From: Alphaproteobacteria bacterium
Lineage (GTDB): Bacteria > Pseudomonadota > Alphaproteobacteria > GCA-2731375
Direction: 5' to 3'
Assembly (NCBI GenBank): GCA_965225945.1
Contig: CBDDBZ010000031.1
Span: 192,001-256,000 of the forward strand
DNA length: 64,000 bases
Positions within the stretch are counted from its first letter, which is position 1. The number at the start of each line of letters is the position of its first letter. The translations under genes and the position numbers were made by a program. The notes under the pieces are model-generated. The model was not told the DNA's origin. It saw only the letters and a list, made by a program, of their open reading frames with translations, and did not search any database. Below are positions 1 to 8,878 of the stretch, piece after piece.

Positions 1-905
1 CCGTTCGCACCGCCGCCAATCGGGTGCTGGCGCGCGAGGTCGGGATTCTGGCGGTCCGACTGGCGGAAGCGGCGGCAACCGAAATCGTCTGGCGCGACGA
101 CAATCTCTTGTGGTGGCGGGAGGCGCCGGTGGCCCGGCCGACGCCGGGGACGAACCCGCTGAGGCCCATCGTCGCCCTGCTGCCGGCCGACCACGTCGAG
201 GGGCCGCTTCGCGAGCGGGTGCGCCGCCGGCTCGACGATTGGCTCGGGAGCGAAATCGAACGTCGGATGGGGCCGCTGGTCCGGCTGGCGACGGCCGACC
301 TCGCCGGCTCGGCCCGGGGCATCGCCTACCAAGTGGTGGAGGCCCTGGGCGCGATACCACGCGAGGCGGTCGAGGAATTGATCCGAAGTCTCGACGCGCC
401 CGGTCGGGCGGCGCTGAAGGCGCTCGGCGTCAGGCTCGGCTTCCTCGACGTCTATCTCACCGCCTCGGCCAAGCCGGAGCGCGCCTGGACCGCCGCCCGG
501 CTCTGGTCGGTGGCGCGCGGGGCGGCCCTGTCGATCGAGCCGCCGGTCTCGAGCCGCGTCTCCGCGCCGGCCGACCGAGGCTGGCCGGAAGGCCTGCTCC
601 GGGCGTGCGGTTATCGCGAAATCAGCCAGCGGATCTACCGCATCGACATGCTCGATCGCGTGGCCGCGCAGGCGATGGGGGCGGCCAAGCGGGGCCCGAT
701 CGCGCCGGATCACCGGATGATGTCGATGCTGGGCTGTGGCGCCGCCGAGCTCGGCGAGGTGCTGGTCGCGCTCGGCTATCGGGCCCAGACCCGCGCCGGC
801 GAGACCCGCTATCGGTTCGTGCCGCCGCGCCGCCGTCGCCGCGCCGAGACGCGGCCCGAGCCGGGTGGCGCCTTCGCGGCGCTGGACGGGTTGAGGCGCG
901 CGTGA
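1..905 (+). CDS. C-terminal part of SUV3/MgpS-like helicase (5' truncated by window)
   Basis: ORF 24-905 open to the window edge; C-terminal RIDMLDR...LGY motif; conserved alphaproteobacterial synteny helicase-S4-fdxA-carD. Confidence 0.7.
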   Translation, partial: VRTAANRVLAREVGILAVRLAEAAATEIVWRDDNLLWWREAPVARPTPGTNPLRPIVALLPADHVEGPLRERVRRRLDDWLGSEIERRMGPLVRLATADLAGSARGIAYQVVEALGAIPREAVEELIRSLDAPGRAALKALGVRLGFLDVYLTASAKPERAWTAARLWSVARGAALSIEPPVSSRVSAPADRGWPEGLLRACGYREISQRIYRIDMLDRVAAQAMGAAKRGPIAPDHRMMSMLGCGAAELGEVLVALGYRAQTRAGETRYRFVPPRRRRRAETRPEPGGAFAALDGLRRA

Positions 906-1306
906 GCGAGGCGGAGGAGGCGGCGCGCGAGCAACGGATCGACCGTTGGCTCTGGTGCGCCCGCTTCTTCAAGAGCCGGACCCTGGCCCAAAAGCTCGCC
1001 CAGGCGGGACGCGTCCGCATCAATCGCCGCATCGTCGACAAGGCCAGCACGCCGATCCGGGTGGGTGACGTGCTGACCTTCCCGCAGGCCCGCGAGATCC
1101 GGGTGGTCCGGATCGTGGCCCTGACCAGCCGACGCGGCCCGGCGCCGGAGGCGCGTCTGCTCTATGAAGACCTGACGCCGCCCCGCGAGGCGGCCCCGGC
1201 ACAGGTGCCGAGCCGGGAGCGGGGCGCCGGCCGCCCGACCAAGCGCGAACGGCGTCGGACCGACCGCTTGCGGGCGGCGGACGGAACGCCGAGCGAGGAC
1301 GGTTGA
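902..1306 (+). CDS. hslR: RNA-binding S4 domain protein (Hsp15)
   Basis: RIDRWLWCARFFKSRTLA...RRGPAPEARLLYED...GRPTKRERR; GTG overlaps helicase stop. Confidence 0.9.
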   Translation: MSEAEEAAREQRIDRWLWCARFFKSRTLAQKLAQAGRVRINRRIVDKASTPIRVGDVLTFPQAREIRVVRIVALTSRRGPAPEARLLYEDLTPPREAAPAQVPSRERGAGRPTKRERRRTDRLRAADGTPSEDG

Positions 1307-1380
1307 AGCGCCTCGCAGCCGCGTGATAGGCATTATCCGCTCAGGCGGAGGCGCCGGGTCGGAAGGATAGGCAGGGTCCC

Positions 1381-1890
1381 ATGATCGATCGACTGAAGGC
1401 CCTGCTCCAGGGTCGCGACGGCCGCCCGGCGCACGGCGGCGACGGCCACGACGACGAGGAACTGCGCTTGGCGGCGGCGGCCCTGCTGGTCGAGGCGGCG
1501 CTCGGTGACGGCGACTTCGATGCCCGGGAGCGCGAGGTGATCGAGGCGCGGCTCGGCGCCCATTTTGGGCTCTCCGAGGCCGAGACGGCGGCCCTCGTCG
1601 TCTCCGCCGAGCGGGCGGTGGCGGCCGGTCGCGAGCTCTTGCCCTATACCCGAGTGATCAAGCGCCGTTTCGACGAGAGGGAGCGGATTCGCCTGCTTGA
1701 AATGTTGTGGGAAGTGGTTTACGCCGACGATCGAGCGCATGATTACGAGGCCAGCTTGCTACGGCGTATCGCTGGTCTTATCTATGTCAGCGACCGGGAG
1801 AGCGGCGCGGCGCGCAAGCGGGTGTTGGCGCGACGGGAACGGGATCGAGCGACCGGCCCGGAGCCCGGCGCGAAGCGGGACCAGGAATGA
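1381..1890 (+). CDS. TerB family tellurite-resistance-like protein
   Basis: [16 protein letters not shown]; [13 protein letters not shown]...[10 protein letters not shown]. Confidence 0.85.
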   Translation: MIDRLKALLQGRDGRPAHGGDGHDDEELRLAAAALLVEAALGDGDFDAREREVIEARLGAHFGLSEAETAALVVSAERAVAAGRELLPYTRVIKRRFDERERIRLLEMLWEVVYADDRAHDYEASLLRRIAGLIYVSDRESGAARKRVLARRERDRATGPEPGAKRDQE

Positions 1891-1894
1891 GACG

Positions 1895-2233
1895 ATGACC
1901 TATGTCGTGACGGAAGAATGCATCAAATGCAAGTTCATGGATTGCGTCGAGGTGTGCCCGGTCGATTGCTTTTACGAGGGTGAAAACATGCTTGTGATTT
2001 ACCCCGACGAGTGTATCGACTGCGGCGTTTGCGAGCCCGAATGCCCCGCCGAGGCGATCATTCCCGATACCGAGGACGGTACCGAGCGCTGGGTCGAGAT
2101 GAACACCGAATATTCCAAGAGCTGGCCCAACATCACCCGCAAGGGCGAGCCGCCCGCCGACGGCGAGGACTGGAACGGCGTCGCCAACAAGTTCGAGGAG
2201 CATTTCAGCCCCAATCCGGGCCAGGTCACCTGA
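1895..2233 (+). CDS. fdxA: 7Fe ferredoxin FdxA
   Basis: [26 protein letters not shown]...[13 protein letters not shown]. Confidence 0.95.
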   Translation: MTYVVTEECIKCKFMDCVEVCPVDCFYEGENMLVIYPDECIDCGVCEPECPAEAIIPDTEDGTERWVEMNTEYSKSWPNITRKGEPPADGEDWNGVANKFEEHFSPNPGQVT

Positions 2234-2543
2234 CGGCCCGCGCCGGGGGAGCGGGGAGTCGCCATTTATGGCGGCTGGTATGACAGCTCGACTGCGTGGG
2301 ATGGCGGAATTCCGGGCTCGAAGGGGGTGATCCCTTCCGTTTGGGCGAATTTTATGCTACTGTCGTGATGTCGCCGTCGGGTTGACGTGGACCCCTGGCG
2401 GCCCGCGCGTGGCGTGTTCGCGTCGGCGCGTGGAGGGAGCAGGATTGAAAGTCTTGTGGAGGTAGCGGTGTGTCCCGACGGGAGACGCCGAGAGGGATGT
2501 GTTGTCGAGAAAATCGTTGCCGAGGAAATTGGAGCGAGATTGC

Positions 2544-3122
2544 ATGGCGAAGACCACGAAGTCGAAGACCACCACCAAGAAGAAGACCACCACCAAGAAG
2601 CCGACCAAGTCCAGGCCGAGTGCGCGGAAACAAGTATTCGCGTTTGCGGTGGACGAATACGTCGTTTATCCGACCCATGGGGTCGGCAAGGTCACGGGAA
2701 TCGAGGAGCGGGAGTTCGCCGGCGCGAGTTTGCAGCTCTTCGTGGTCAATTTCGACAAGGAGAAGATGACCTTACGGGTTCCGGTCGCCAAGGCGGATCA
2801 GACCGGCATGCGCTCTCTCAGCTCGCCGGAAAAGATGAAGACCGCGCTCGACACGCTCAAGGGGCGGGCGCGGGTCAAGCGGACGATGTGGAGCCGCCGG
2901 GCGCAAGAATACGAGGCCAAGATCAATTCGGGCGATCCGCTGTCGATCGCCGAGGTGGTGCGCGACCTGCACCGCGCCGAGGGCCAGCCGGAGCAGTCCT
3001 ATAGCGAGCGGCAGATCTACGAGGCCGCGCTCGACCGCTTGGTCCGCGAGTTCGCCGTGGTCGAGGGCTTGGACGAAGATCAGGCCACCGAGCGTTTGGA
3101 GCAGGTGCTGCAGGCGGCATGA
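2544..3122 (+). CDS. carD: CarD/CdnL family RNA polymerase-binding transcription factor
   Basis: VVYPTHGVG, MWSRRAQEYEAKINSG, EVVRDL; Lys/Thr-rich N-terminal extension. Confidence 0.95.
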   Translation: MAKTTKSKTTTKKKTTTKKPTKSRPSARKQVFAFAVDEYVVYPTHGVGKVTGIEEREFAGASLQLFVVNFDKEKMTLRVPVAKADQTGMRSLSSPEKMKTALDTLKGRARVKRTMWSRRAQEYEAKINSGDPLSIAEVVRDLHRAEGQPEQSYSERQIYEAALDRLVREFAVVEGLDEDQATERLEQVLQAA

Positions 3123-3217
3123 CGCCTCGGGCGGCGCCCGATGCCGGTGGCGGGCCTGGCGCGACGCGCGTCGCGCCGCGTCATTTCGACCGCCGAGCCG
3201 TGATCCTTCCCCGCGCC

Positions 3218-3359
3218 CTCGAGCAATATCCGAACGGAGGGAACCGGTGCGGTTCCATTCGTTTGGATAATATTGCTCTATTCTTCCAAGTTGGTAGAGC
3301 AGCTTTATCCGCCAGTTGGATCGCCGGAAGCGATTCCAATTGGCCGGATGCCGATCTAG
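3218..3359. repeat. Intergenic double-hairpin palindromic element (RIME/MITE-like)
   Basis: GAGCAATAT(3221)...ATATTGCTC(3278) stem with inner GGAACC/GGTTCC; second stem ATCCGCCAGTTGGA/TCCAATTGGCCGGAT; ends in CTAG; AT-richer than flanks. Confidence 0.55.
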
Positions 3360-3376
3360 TGGCGGGCTGAGGCGCC

Positions 3377-4183
3377 GTGCCCGACTTGGGCGACGAGACC
3401 CATGCCGTCCTGGAAGGGGCCGAGCGAATCTGGGCGATCGGCGCGATCCACGGCGAGGCCGAGCGTCTTCGCCGCCTGCATGACAAATTGGCCAAGGCCC
3501 TGGCGCCGGGCGATCGACTGATCTACCTCGGCAACGCGGTCGGGGTCGGCCCGGATCCGGCCGGCGTGATCGACGAGCTGCTGCGATTCCGCCGGGTGGC
3601 CCTGATGTTGCCGGGCGCCGAGCCCTGGGATGTCGTCTTCCTGCGCGGCGGTCAGGAGGAGATGTGGCAAAAATTGCTGCAACTGCAGTTTTCCCTCGAC
3701 GCGCGTGTGGTTCTCGAGTGGATGCTGGCGCAAGGCGTCGAGCCGACGCTTCTCGGCTATGGCGGTTCGGCGGCCGTGGCGCGGCGAATGATCGGCCTGG
3801 GTGCCGTCGCCCTCACCCGTTGGACCAGCGGACTGCGCGAGGCGATGCACGCCCGGCCCGGTCACGAGATGTTCATGGCCGCGCTCAGGCGCTTCGCGGT
3901 GAACGATGATCGCCGCCTATTATTCGTCAACGCCGGCATCGATCCGGCCCGACCGCTCGGTGAGCAGCGGGACACCTTCTGGTGGGGCGGCGCGGCCTTC
4001 GACGCCATGGCCGACCCCTATGGCAGCTTCGCGCGGGTGATTCGCGGCTTCAATCCTAGCCGCCGGGGCCTCCAGACCGGCCCGCACGCACTCACCATCG
4101 ACGGCGGCTCCGGCTTCGACGGCAATCTCGTGGCCGAATGTCTCGATCCCTCGGGCCGTGCACTCGCCCGAATCACCGCCTAA
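3377..4183 (+). CDS. Calcineurin-like metallophosphoesterase-fold protein with degenerate metal ligands
   Basis: AIGAIHG / YLGNAVG / RGGQEE / FVNAGI at the spacing of the GDxHG / GDxxD / GNHE / HAG motifs. Confidence 0.75.
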   Translation: MPDLGDETHAVLEGAERIWAIGAIHGEAERLRRLHDKLAKALAPGDRLIYLGNAVGVGPDPAGVIDELLRFRRVALMLPGAEPWDVVFLRGGQEEMWQKLLQLQFSLDARVVLEWMLAQGVEPTLLGYGGSAAVARRMIGLGAVALTRWTSGLREAMHARPGHEMFMAALRRFAVNDDRRLLFVNAGIDPARPLGEQRDTFWWGGAAFDAMADPYGSFARVIRGFNPSRRGLQTGPHALTIDGGSGFDGNLVAECLDPSGRALARITA

Positions 4184-4303
4184 AGTATTGCGTGTCTAAT
4201 TTTCTCTCTATTCTATCTTAGATTGACGTATTCGATCAACGTAATTTATAGTATGAATATACAATATAGGTGAGATGTTTTCCCGGGAGGCTGGATTGTC
4301 CTT

Positions 4304-4691
4304 ATGATCTCGGGGGAGTCTCGGCGGGCCAGGCGCGCCGACCGACATTTCATCGAACGTGCCATGCGCGTACCGATCCTGACCCGGGAGGACGAATGCG
4401 CGCTCGCCGATCGTTGGCATCGCGACGGCGACGAGGTGGCACTACACCGGCTGATCAACGCGCATGTTCGACTGGTCGTCGGCCAGGCAGTCAAGTTTCG
4501 CCATCACGGCCTGCCCATGGGCGACGGCTATGCGGAAGTGCTGAAGATCAACAAGCATGCGACGCAAGAGCAGTTCATCTGCCGCGATCGCTGGCGCAAA
4601 CGCGATCTCGTCGTGTGGGACAACCGTTGCACGCTGCACTGCGCAACCGACTTCGATCTCGAGCACGAGCGTCGCATCGTCCGGCGCACTT
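4304..4691 (+). pseudogene. Chimeric remnant: RpoH (sigma-32) N-terminus fused to TauD-family dioxygenase C-terminus, cut by IS21 end
   Basis: PILTREDECALADRW...ALHRLINAHVRLVV..A.KFRHHGLPMGD followed by HATQ..RWRKRDLVVWDNRCTLH...RRIVRRT. Confidence 0.75.
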
Positions 4692-4804
4692 TGTTAGCGG
4701 TGGTTCCAGGGTGCGCTTATATGGTGCTCTTTTTGAGCGGTCGGTGGCGGTTGGCTGACGGGATGCTTTTGGGCTTGGCTGATTTTGTTTCGCGCTGTGG
4801 CTAT

Positions 4805-5701
4805 TCAGTCGAGGGGCCGGTCATCGATCTGGAGCGGTTCGCCGGCGCGGTCGCGCATGAGCATGTCGTTCCAGTCCAGGCCGTCGAGGGCAGGGCGCAG
4901 GCGGACGACCCTGCTGTCGTTTCGGATGAGCCGTGCCGCGGCGTCATCGCCCTGGCGGGTGGCGTCGTAGGCGCAGAAGATCCGGCCGGGGTTCCAGGCC
5001 TCGATCCATTCGGGGAGGCTTGCGGTGGCGCCGCCGGTTGAGACCACGGCGCATCCCTTGCGCCCGGCCGGGACGAGGTGGAGGGAGAGGACCGACAGGG
5101 CGTCGATTGCGTTCTTGGCGAGGATGACGGAGTTCGGCCAGTCGGGTTCCCACGACATCCAGAAGCCGCCGCGCGCGGCGGCGCCGATCGGCGCGAGGCG
5201 GCGTGGCGCCGCGGCAGGGACGATCTCGGCGCCGAGAGCCTCGCCGGCCGCGTTTCGGCGGACGAACACGGCGTTGCCGTGGCGGTCGGCGTAGAGCAAG
5301 CCGAGGTCGCGGCACAGGGCGACGAGCACATCCGCGAGGCCGCGCTGCTCGACGAGGTAGCTCTGGATGGCGGGCCAGTGGCGGTCCGGGCACGGCGGCT
5401 TCGGGTGGCGATCGGCCGGGAACCGGTCACGGCACGGCAGTTCCGAGAAGAAGCCGAGGGCCTCGGGCACGGTGCACCGGCAGGCATGGATTACCAGGTC
5501 GATCGCTCCGCCCCCGCCCTCGCCGCGCAGATGTTCGTAGAACATAAAGCCGTTGATGCTGACGACGGATCCGGGACGCCTCCAGCGCGCGGCATCGGTG
5601 GGATCGCGGCGGTAGCCGAGGCGGCGGACGACGTCTTCGAGGGGATAGCCTCGCAGGGCCTCGGCCCGCACCCGCCGGTCCCAGAGGCGGGGACCATCCA
5701 T
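4805..5701 (-). CDS. DUF3991/TOPRIM primase-like protein (passenger of IS21 element)
   Basis: GGGGAIDLV.H N-terminal motif, YLVEQRGL, LYAD.HGNAVF, AIDALS, STGG, AYDA...GD, DWNDML. Confidence 0.75.
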   Translation of the reverse strand: MDGPRLWDRRVRAEALRGYPLEDVVRRLGYRRDPTDAARWRRPGSVVSINGFMFYEHLRGEGGGGAIDLVIHACRCTVPEALGFFSELPCRDRFPADRHPKPPCPDRHWPAIQSYLVEQRGLADVLVALCRDLGLLYADRHGNAVFVRRNAAGEALGAEIVPAAAPRRLAPIGAAARGGFWMSWEPDWPNSVILAKNAIDALSVLSLHLVPAGRKGCAVVSTGGATASLPEWIEAWNPGRIFCAYDATRQGDDAAARLIRNDSRVVRLRPALDGLDWNDMLMRDRAGEPLQIDDRPLD

Positions 5702-5703
5702 GG

Positions 5704-6492
5704 CTACGCCGGCGGCGGTTCCCCGCGGTCCTGCGCGCCGGCCTTGCCGGCTCGCCGCCGGCGGCGCTCGGCGCTGCGCTGCTTCTGGCGTTCCTCGGCC
5801 TCCTTGCGGCGCCAGGACTCGGCGTCGATGGCGATGATCTCGGCGTTGTGGACGAGGCGGTCGACCAGGGCGACGAGGCAGGCGGCGTTGGGGAAGGCCT
5901 CACCCCACTCGGCGAAGGGCCGGTTGGTGGTGATTATGGTGGAGTTCTGCTGGCTGCGGCTGGAGACGATGTTGAACAGCAGATCGGCATGGCGGTTGCT
6001 GTAGGACAGGTATCCGACCTCGTCGATCACCAGCAGGTGCTGGCGGGCGTAGAAGCGCAGCCTGCGCTGAAGCAGGGTGTCGCTGTCGAGGGCGGCGAGC
6101 TCGCCGAGCATGCTGGCCGCGGTGGCGAAGCGCACGGTGTGGCCCTCGAGGACGGCGCGGTGGGCGATATTGGCGGCGATGGTCGACTTGCCGACGCCGT
6201 TTGGGCCGACCAGGACGACGTTGGCGGCCTCGTTGAGGAACTCGAGGCTCATGAGATCCTCGACGGCCATGCGGTCGCAGCGGCGCGGCCATGCCCAGTC
6301 GAAGTCGGCGAGCGGCTTGAACTGTCCGAGGCGGGCGTCGCCGAGGCGGCGCTTGAGGCTGCGGCTTCGCCGTTCCTCCTCTTCCCAGGCGACCAGCGCA
6401 GCGGGCCAGTCATGCCCGGCGACCTCGCCCCAGTGGGCGGCGAGGCCGTGCAGGCCGAGCGCCCGGGCACGGCCCATGAGGGTATCGTTCAT
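5704..6492 (-). CDS. istB: IS21 helper AAA+ ATPase IstB
   Basis: DFDWAWP, Walker A GPNGVGKS, Walker B LLVIDE, TTN, DRLVH, SWR; ATGA overlap with istA. Confidence 0.92.
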   Translation of the reverse strand: MNDTLMGRARALGLHGLAAHWGEVAGHDWPAALVAWEEEERRSRSLKRRLGDARLGQFKPLADFDWAWPRRCDRMAVEDLMSLEFLNEAANVVLVGPNGVGKSTIAANIAHRAVLEGHTVRFATAASMLGELAALDSDTLLQRRLRFYARQHLLVIDEVGYLSYSNRHADLLFNIVSSRSQQNSTIITTNRPFAEWGEAFPNAACLVALVDRLVHNAEIIAIDAESWRRKEAEERQKQRSAERRRRRAGKAGAQDRGEPPPA

Positions 6493-7994
6493 TGCTCGCT
6501 GTCCTCCTCGGGTTCGCCGGCCAGCCCGTCGTATCCGACGAGGTCGTGATCGCGGACAGTGATGTCGCGCACTCTCGGATCGCCGGGCAGTTCGACGGGG
6601 ATGGGCGGGGGTTGGTGCCGCAGCTCGCGCCGCCGGGTCAGGCTCAGGCGCACGGCGTTGGGATGGGGAACGTCCCGCTTCAGGGCCTCGTCGATGGCCG
6701 CCTCGAGCTCGGCGGCGCCGTAGGCGTCGAGGAGGCGCAACAGGGCGGCGACGGTGGCGCCTATATAGCCGCCGCGCTGGGCGGCCTCGGCGAGCAGGCG
6801 CTCGCTGTTGGGCGCGGCCTGGACCAGCCGGTCCTGGCCGCGAAGGCGGCGGGCATGGCTCTTGCGCCTGACCAGCTCGGCGATGTGCTCGGGGTTCTCG
6901 ATGCGGGCCGCCTTGTCGAAGCTGCGCGGATGGCTGGCGATGACGTCCACACCGTCGAGGATGCGCACCTCGTCGAGCGTCGCGACCACGACGAGGGTGC
7001 GCCGCACATGGGTGTGCGGCACGCTGTAATCGTTGAGATCGAAGCGGGCGTAGGGGGTCTTGCCGATGGCGACCTCGACCCGGTCGTGGTCGGGGAAGGG
7101 ATCGCCGGGCAGCGCGATGAGAGAGCCGCGTTCCCGCTCGAAGGCCTCGCGCACGGTGATCGAGCGGTCTTCGGGCCAGGGGCGGTCGGCGGCGATGCCG
7201 TGGCACCAGGCCAGGGCCTGGGCGTTGAGATCGTCGATATCGCGCCACCGGCGGGCGGCGAAGAAGCTGGTCCGGACATAGCGAATCGCCCGCTCCACGC
7301 GCCCCTTCTCGTTGCCGCGCGCGACCGCGACGGGCTTGGGCAGGAAGTGGTAGTGGCCGGCGAGGTCGAGGATCCGGGGATTGAACCGGATGGCGGCGCC
7401 GCGGCGCTCCAGCACGACGCTCTTCAGGTTGTCGTACCAGAGCTCGCGGGGCACGCCCTGCCACGCCTCGAAGGCTTCGACATGGCCGCGCAGGAAGTTG
7501 CTCATCCCGGCGTCGAGGTAGAAGCGCAGGAAGATCCGCCGCGAGTAGCTGAGAACCATCACGAAGCCCATCAGGCGGCGCTCCGCGCGGCCGATCGTCA
7601 CCTTGCCGAAGTGTCCCCAGTCGACCTGGGCCTGCTCGCCGGGAAGGGTCTTGAGGCGCAGATAGGCCTCGGCCACGGGCCTGGGCCTGAAGTGGCTGAG
7701 CAGATGACGGAAGTGGTCGCCGCCGCCCGGATAGCCGCGTTCGCGCACCATCTGGTAGAGCCGGCTGGCGGGCAGCGTCGGCCAGGATGCCAGCGTCTCG
7801 GCGATGAACGGCACGTATGGATCGATCATCGACGGCCTGGGCGACCTCGCGTCCCGGGGCTCGCCGGCCGCGGTGAGGAGGCGCTCGACGGTGTAGCGAT
7901 GCACGCCGAGCTGGCGTGTGATCGTGCCGACCGTCCACTTCTCGACGTGATACAGGCGCAGGATCTCCGCGCGGGTCTCCTTGTCGATGGTCAT
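6489..7994 (-). CDS. istA: IS21 transposase IstA
   Basis: N-terminal [24 protein letters not shown] (intact DDE triad). Confidence 0.93.
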   Translation of the reverse strand: MTIDKETRAEILRLYHVEKWTVGTITRQLGVHRYTVERLLTAAGEPRDARSPRPSMIDPYVPFIAETLASWPTLPASRLYQMVRERGYPGGGDHFRHLLSHFRPRPVAEAYLRLKTLPGEQAQVDWGHFGKVTIGRAERRLMGFVMVLSYSRRIFLRFYLDAGMSNFLRGHVEAFEAWQGVPRELWYDNLKSVVLERRGAAIRFNPRILDLAGHYHFLPKPVAVARGNEKGRVERAIRYVRTSFFAARRWRDIDDLNAQALAWCHGIAADRPWPEDRSITVREAFERERGSLIALPGDPFPDHDRVEVAIGKTPYARFDLNDYSVPHTHVRRTLVVVATLDEVRILDGVDVIASHPRSFDKAARIENPEHIAELVRRKSHARRLRGQDRLVQAAPNSERLLAEAAQRGGYIGATVAALLRLLDAYGAAELEAAIDEALKRDVPHPNAVRLSLTRRRELRHQPPPIPVELPGDPRVRDITVRDHDLVGYDGLAGEPEEDSEQ

Positions 7995-8431
7995 CTCACC
8001 CCCTTTCCCGTCGGGCGCAGCCCCGGATAGACCGCCTGCCCGCAGAACCGGCCGCAGCGATCGCAGCGGAAGACCCTGGCGGGCCGCTCGTGCCCGAAGG
8101 GCCGTGTTCCGGGACGCCCTGCCGGCGTCCGCACCACAACAGGACGCCGCCGCGCGGCGGTCAAAGGGTGATGCGTCACTTCCTGCCCGCGGCGCCGATT
8201 CACCGGCGTCCGGCGCCGCCGGCGTTCGCGATAGCGCCGCTGGCGCTCAGCATGCTTGTGACGGCCCCGCCGGCTGTTCTGGTAGCGCTGCCCGGCATGG
8301 CGCTGCGATCGCCGGCGCACCCGATCGCTGCAGCTCCGTGAACAGTAGATGTTGCCGTGGTCGCAGTGCCGGCAGAGAACCACCTGTTGATGGCACGAGG
8401 CGCAGTTGAACAGGCGGGCGGTGTTCTTCAT
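7991..8431 (-). CDS. Small Cys-rich, Arg-rich putative zinc-finger protein
   Basis: CxxC-x6-CxxC-x6-CxxxC, basic helix ([11 protein letters not shown]), C-terminal CDRC; stop overlaps istA ATG. Confidence 0.7.
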   Translation of the reverse strand: MKNTARLFNCASCHQQVVLCRHCDHGNIYCSRSCSDRVRRRSQRHAGQRYQNSRRGRHKHAERQRRYRERRRRRTPVNRRRGQEVTHHPLTAARRRPVVVRTPAGRPGTRPFGHERPARVFRCDRCGRFCGQAVYPGLRPTGKGVR

Positions 8432-8437
8432 CGCGCA

Positions 8438-8576
8438 GCCGATGAGAACGGGGTGGACCCACGCCCAAACCCGCACGATACTGCGCATATGGGTCGTGCC
8501 TTGCATGGCTCGGGGGGTGCGGTGCCGGTCGTTGCCAGCAAGCAAACGGGGCCGGCGCCGCATCGTTCTCAGCGGC
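8438..8576 (+). ncRNA. Candidate structured RNA/ssDNA element inside the IS21 end
   Basis: 13-bp closing stem enclosing several hairpins whose mismatches are G-U-compatible only on the + strand. Confidence 0.35.
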
Positions 8577-8878
8577 CCGAGTGTACTCCCGCGGCTCCCC
8601 TTGTCAGGTCCGCGGAACCGCCGCCGCCAGCCAGCCAAAACAGGAATCGAGACGCCCGCCCGCGGTGGATAAGCAGCCCGCCGCCGCCAGACTCTTGGCG
8701 GTCGCCGCGGCGGGCTACTTACCCACCGCTGCGCCGAGCCAACTCCCGCCTGCAAACCACGCAGCTACAGCGCCACGATGCCCGATGTCGCTGAAATCAC
8801 CATCTAAGCGCGGTTTTTCATCGCCACCGACACATTCGGCCAAATGCGCTGATCCCGCCGTTTAGAGCGGTTTCCGCT

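Larger units (their letters stand above)
4692..8832 (-). mobile_element. IS21-family element carrying four ORFs
   Basis: TG...CA ends; imperfect IRs in register (TGTtaGcGGtG...GCGCTTAtATGGTG vs TGTcgGtGGcG...GCGCTTAgATGGTG); istA/istB inside; no perfect target duplication seen. Confidence 0.8.

Noticed and set aside
4223-4239. FNR/FixK box upstream of the rpoH remnant
   Set aside because: TTGAC-N7-ATCAA spacing does not fit TTGAT-N4-ATCAA.
8438-8576. Hammerhead ribozyme or known riboswitch
   Set aside because: Core consensus (CUGANGA...GAAA) absent; no riboswitch motif recognised.
4686-8838. Target-site duplication of the IS21 element
   Set aside because: Flanks GCACTT and CATTCG do not form a perfect direct repeat.
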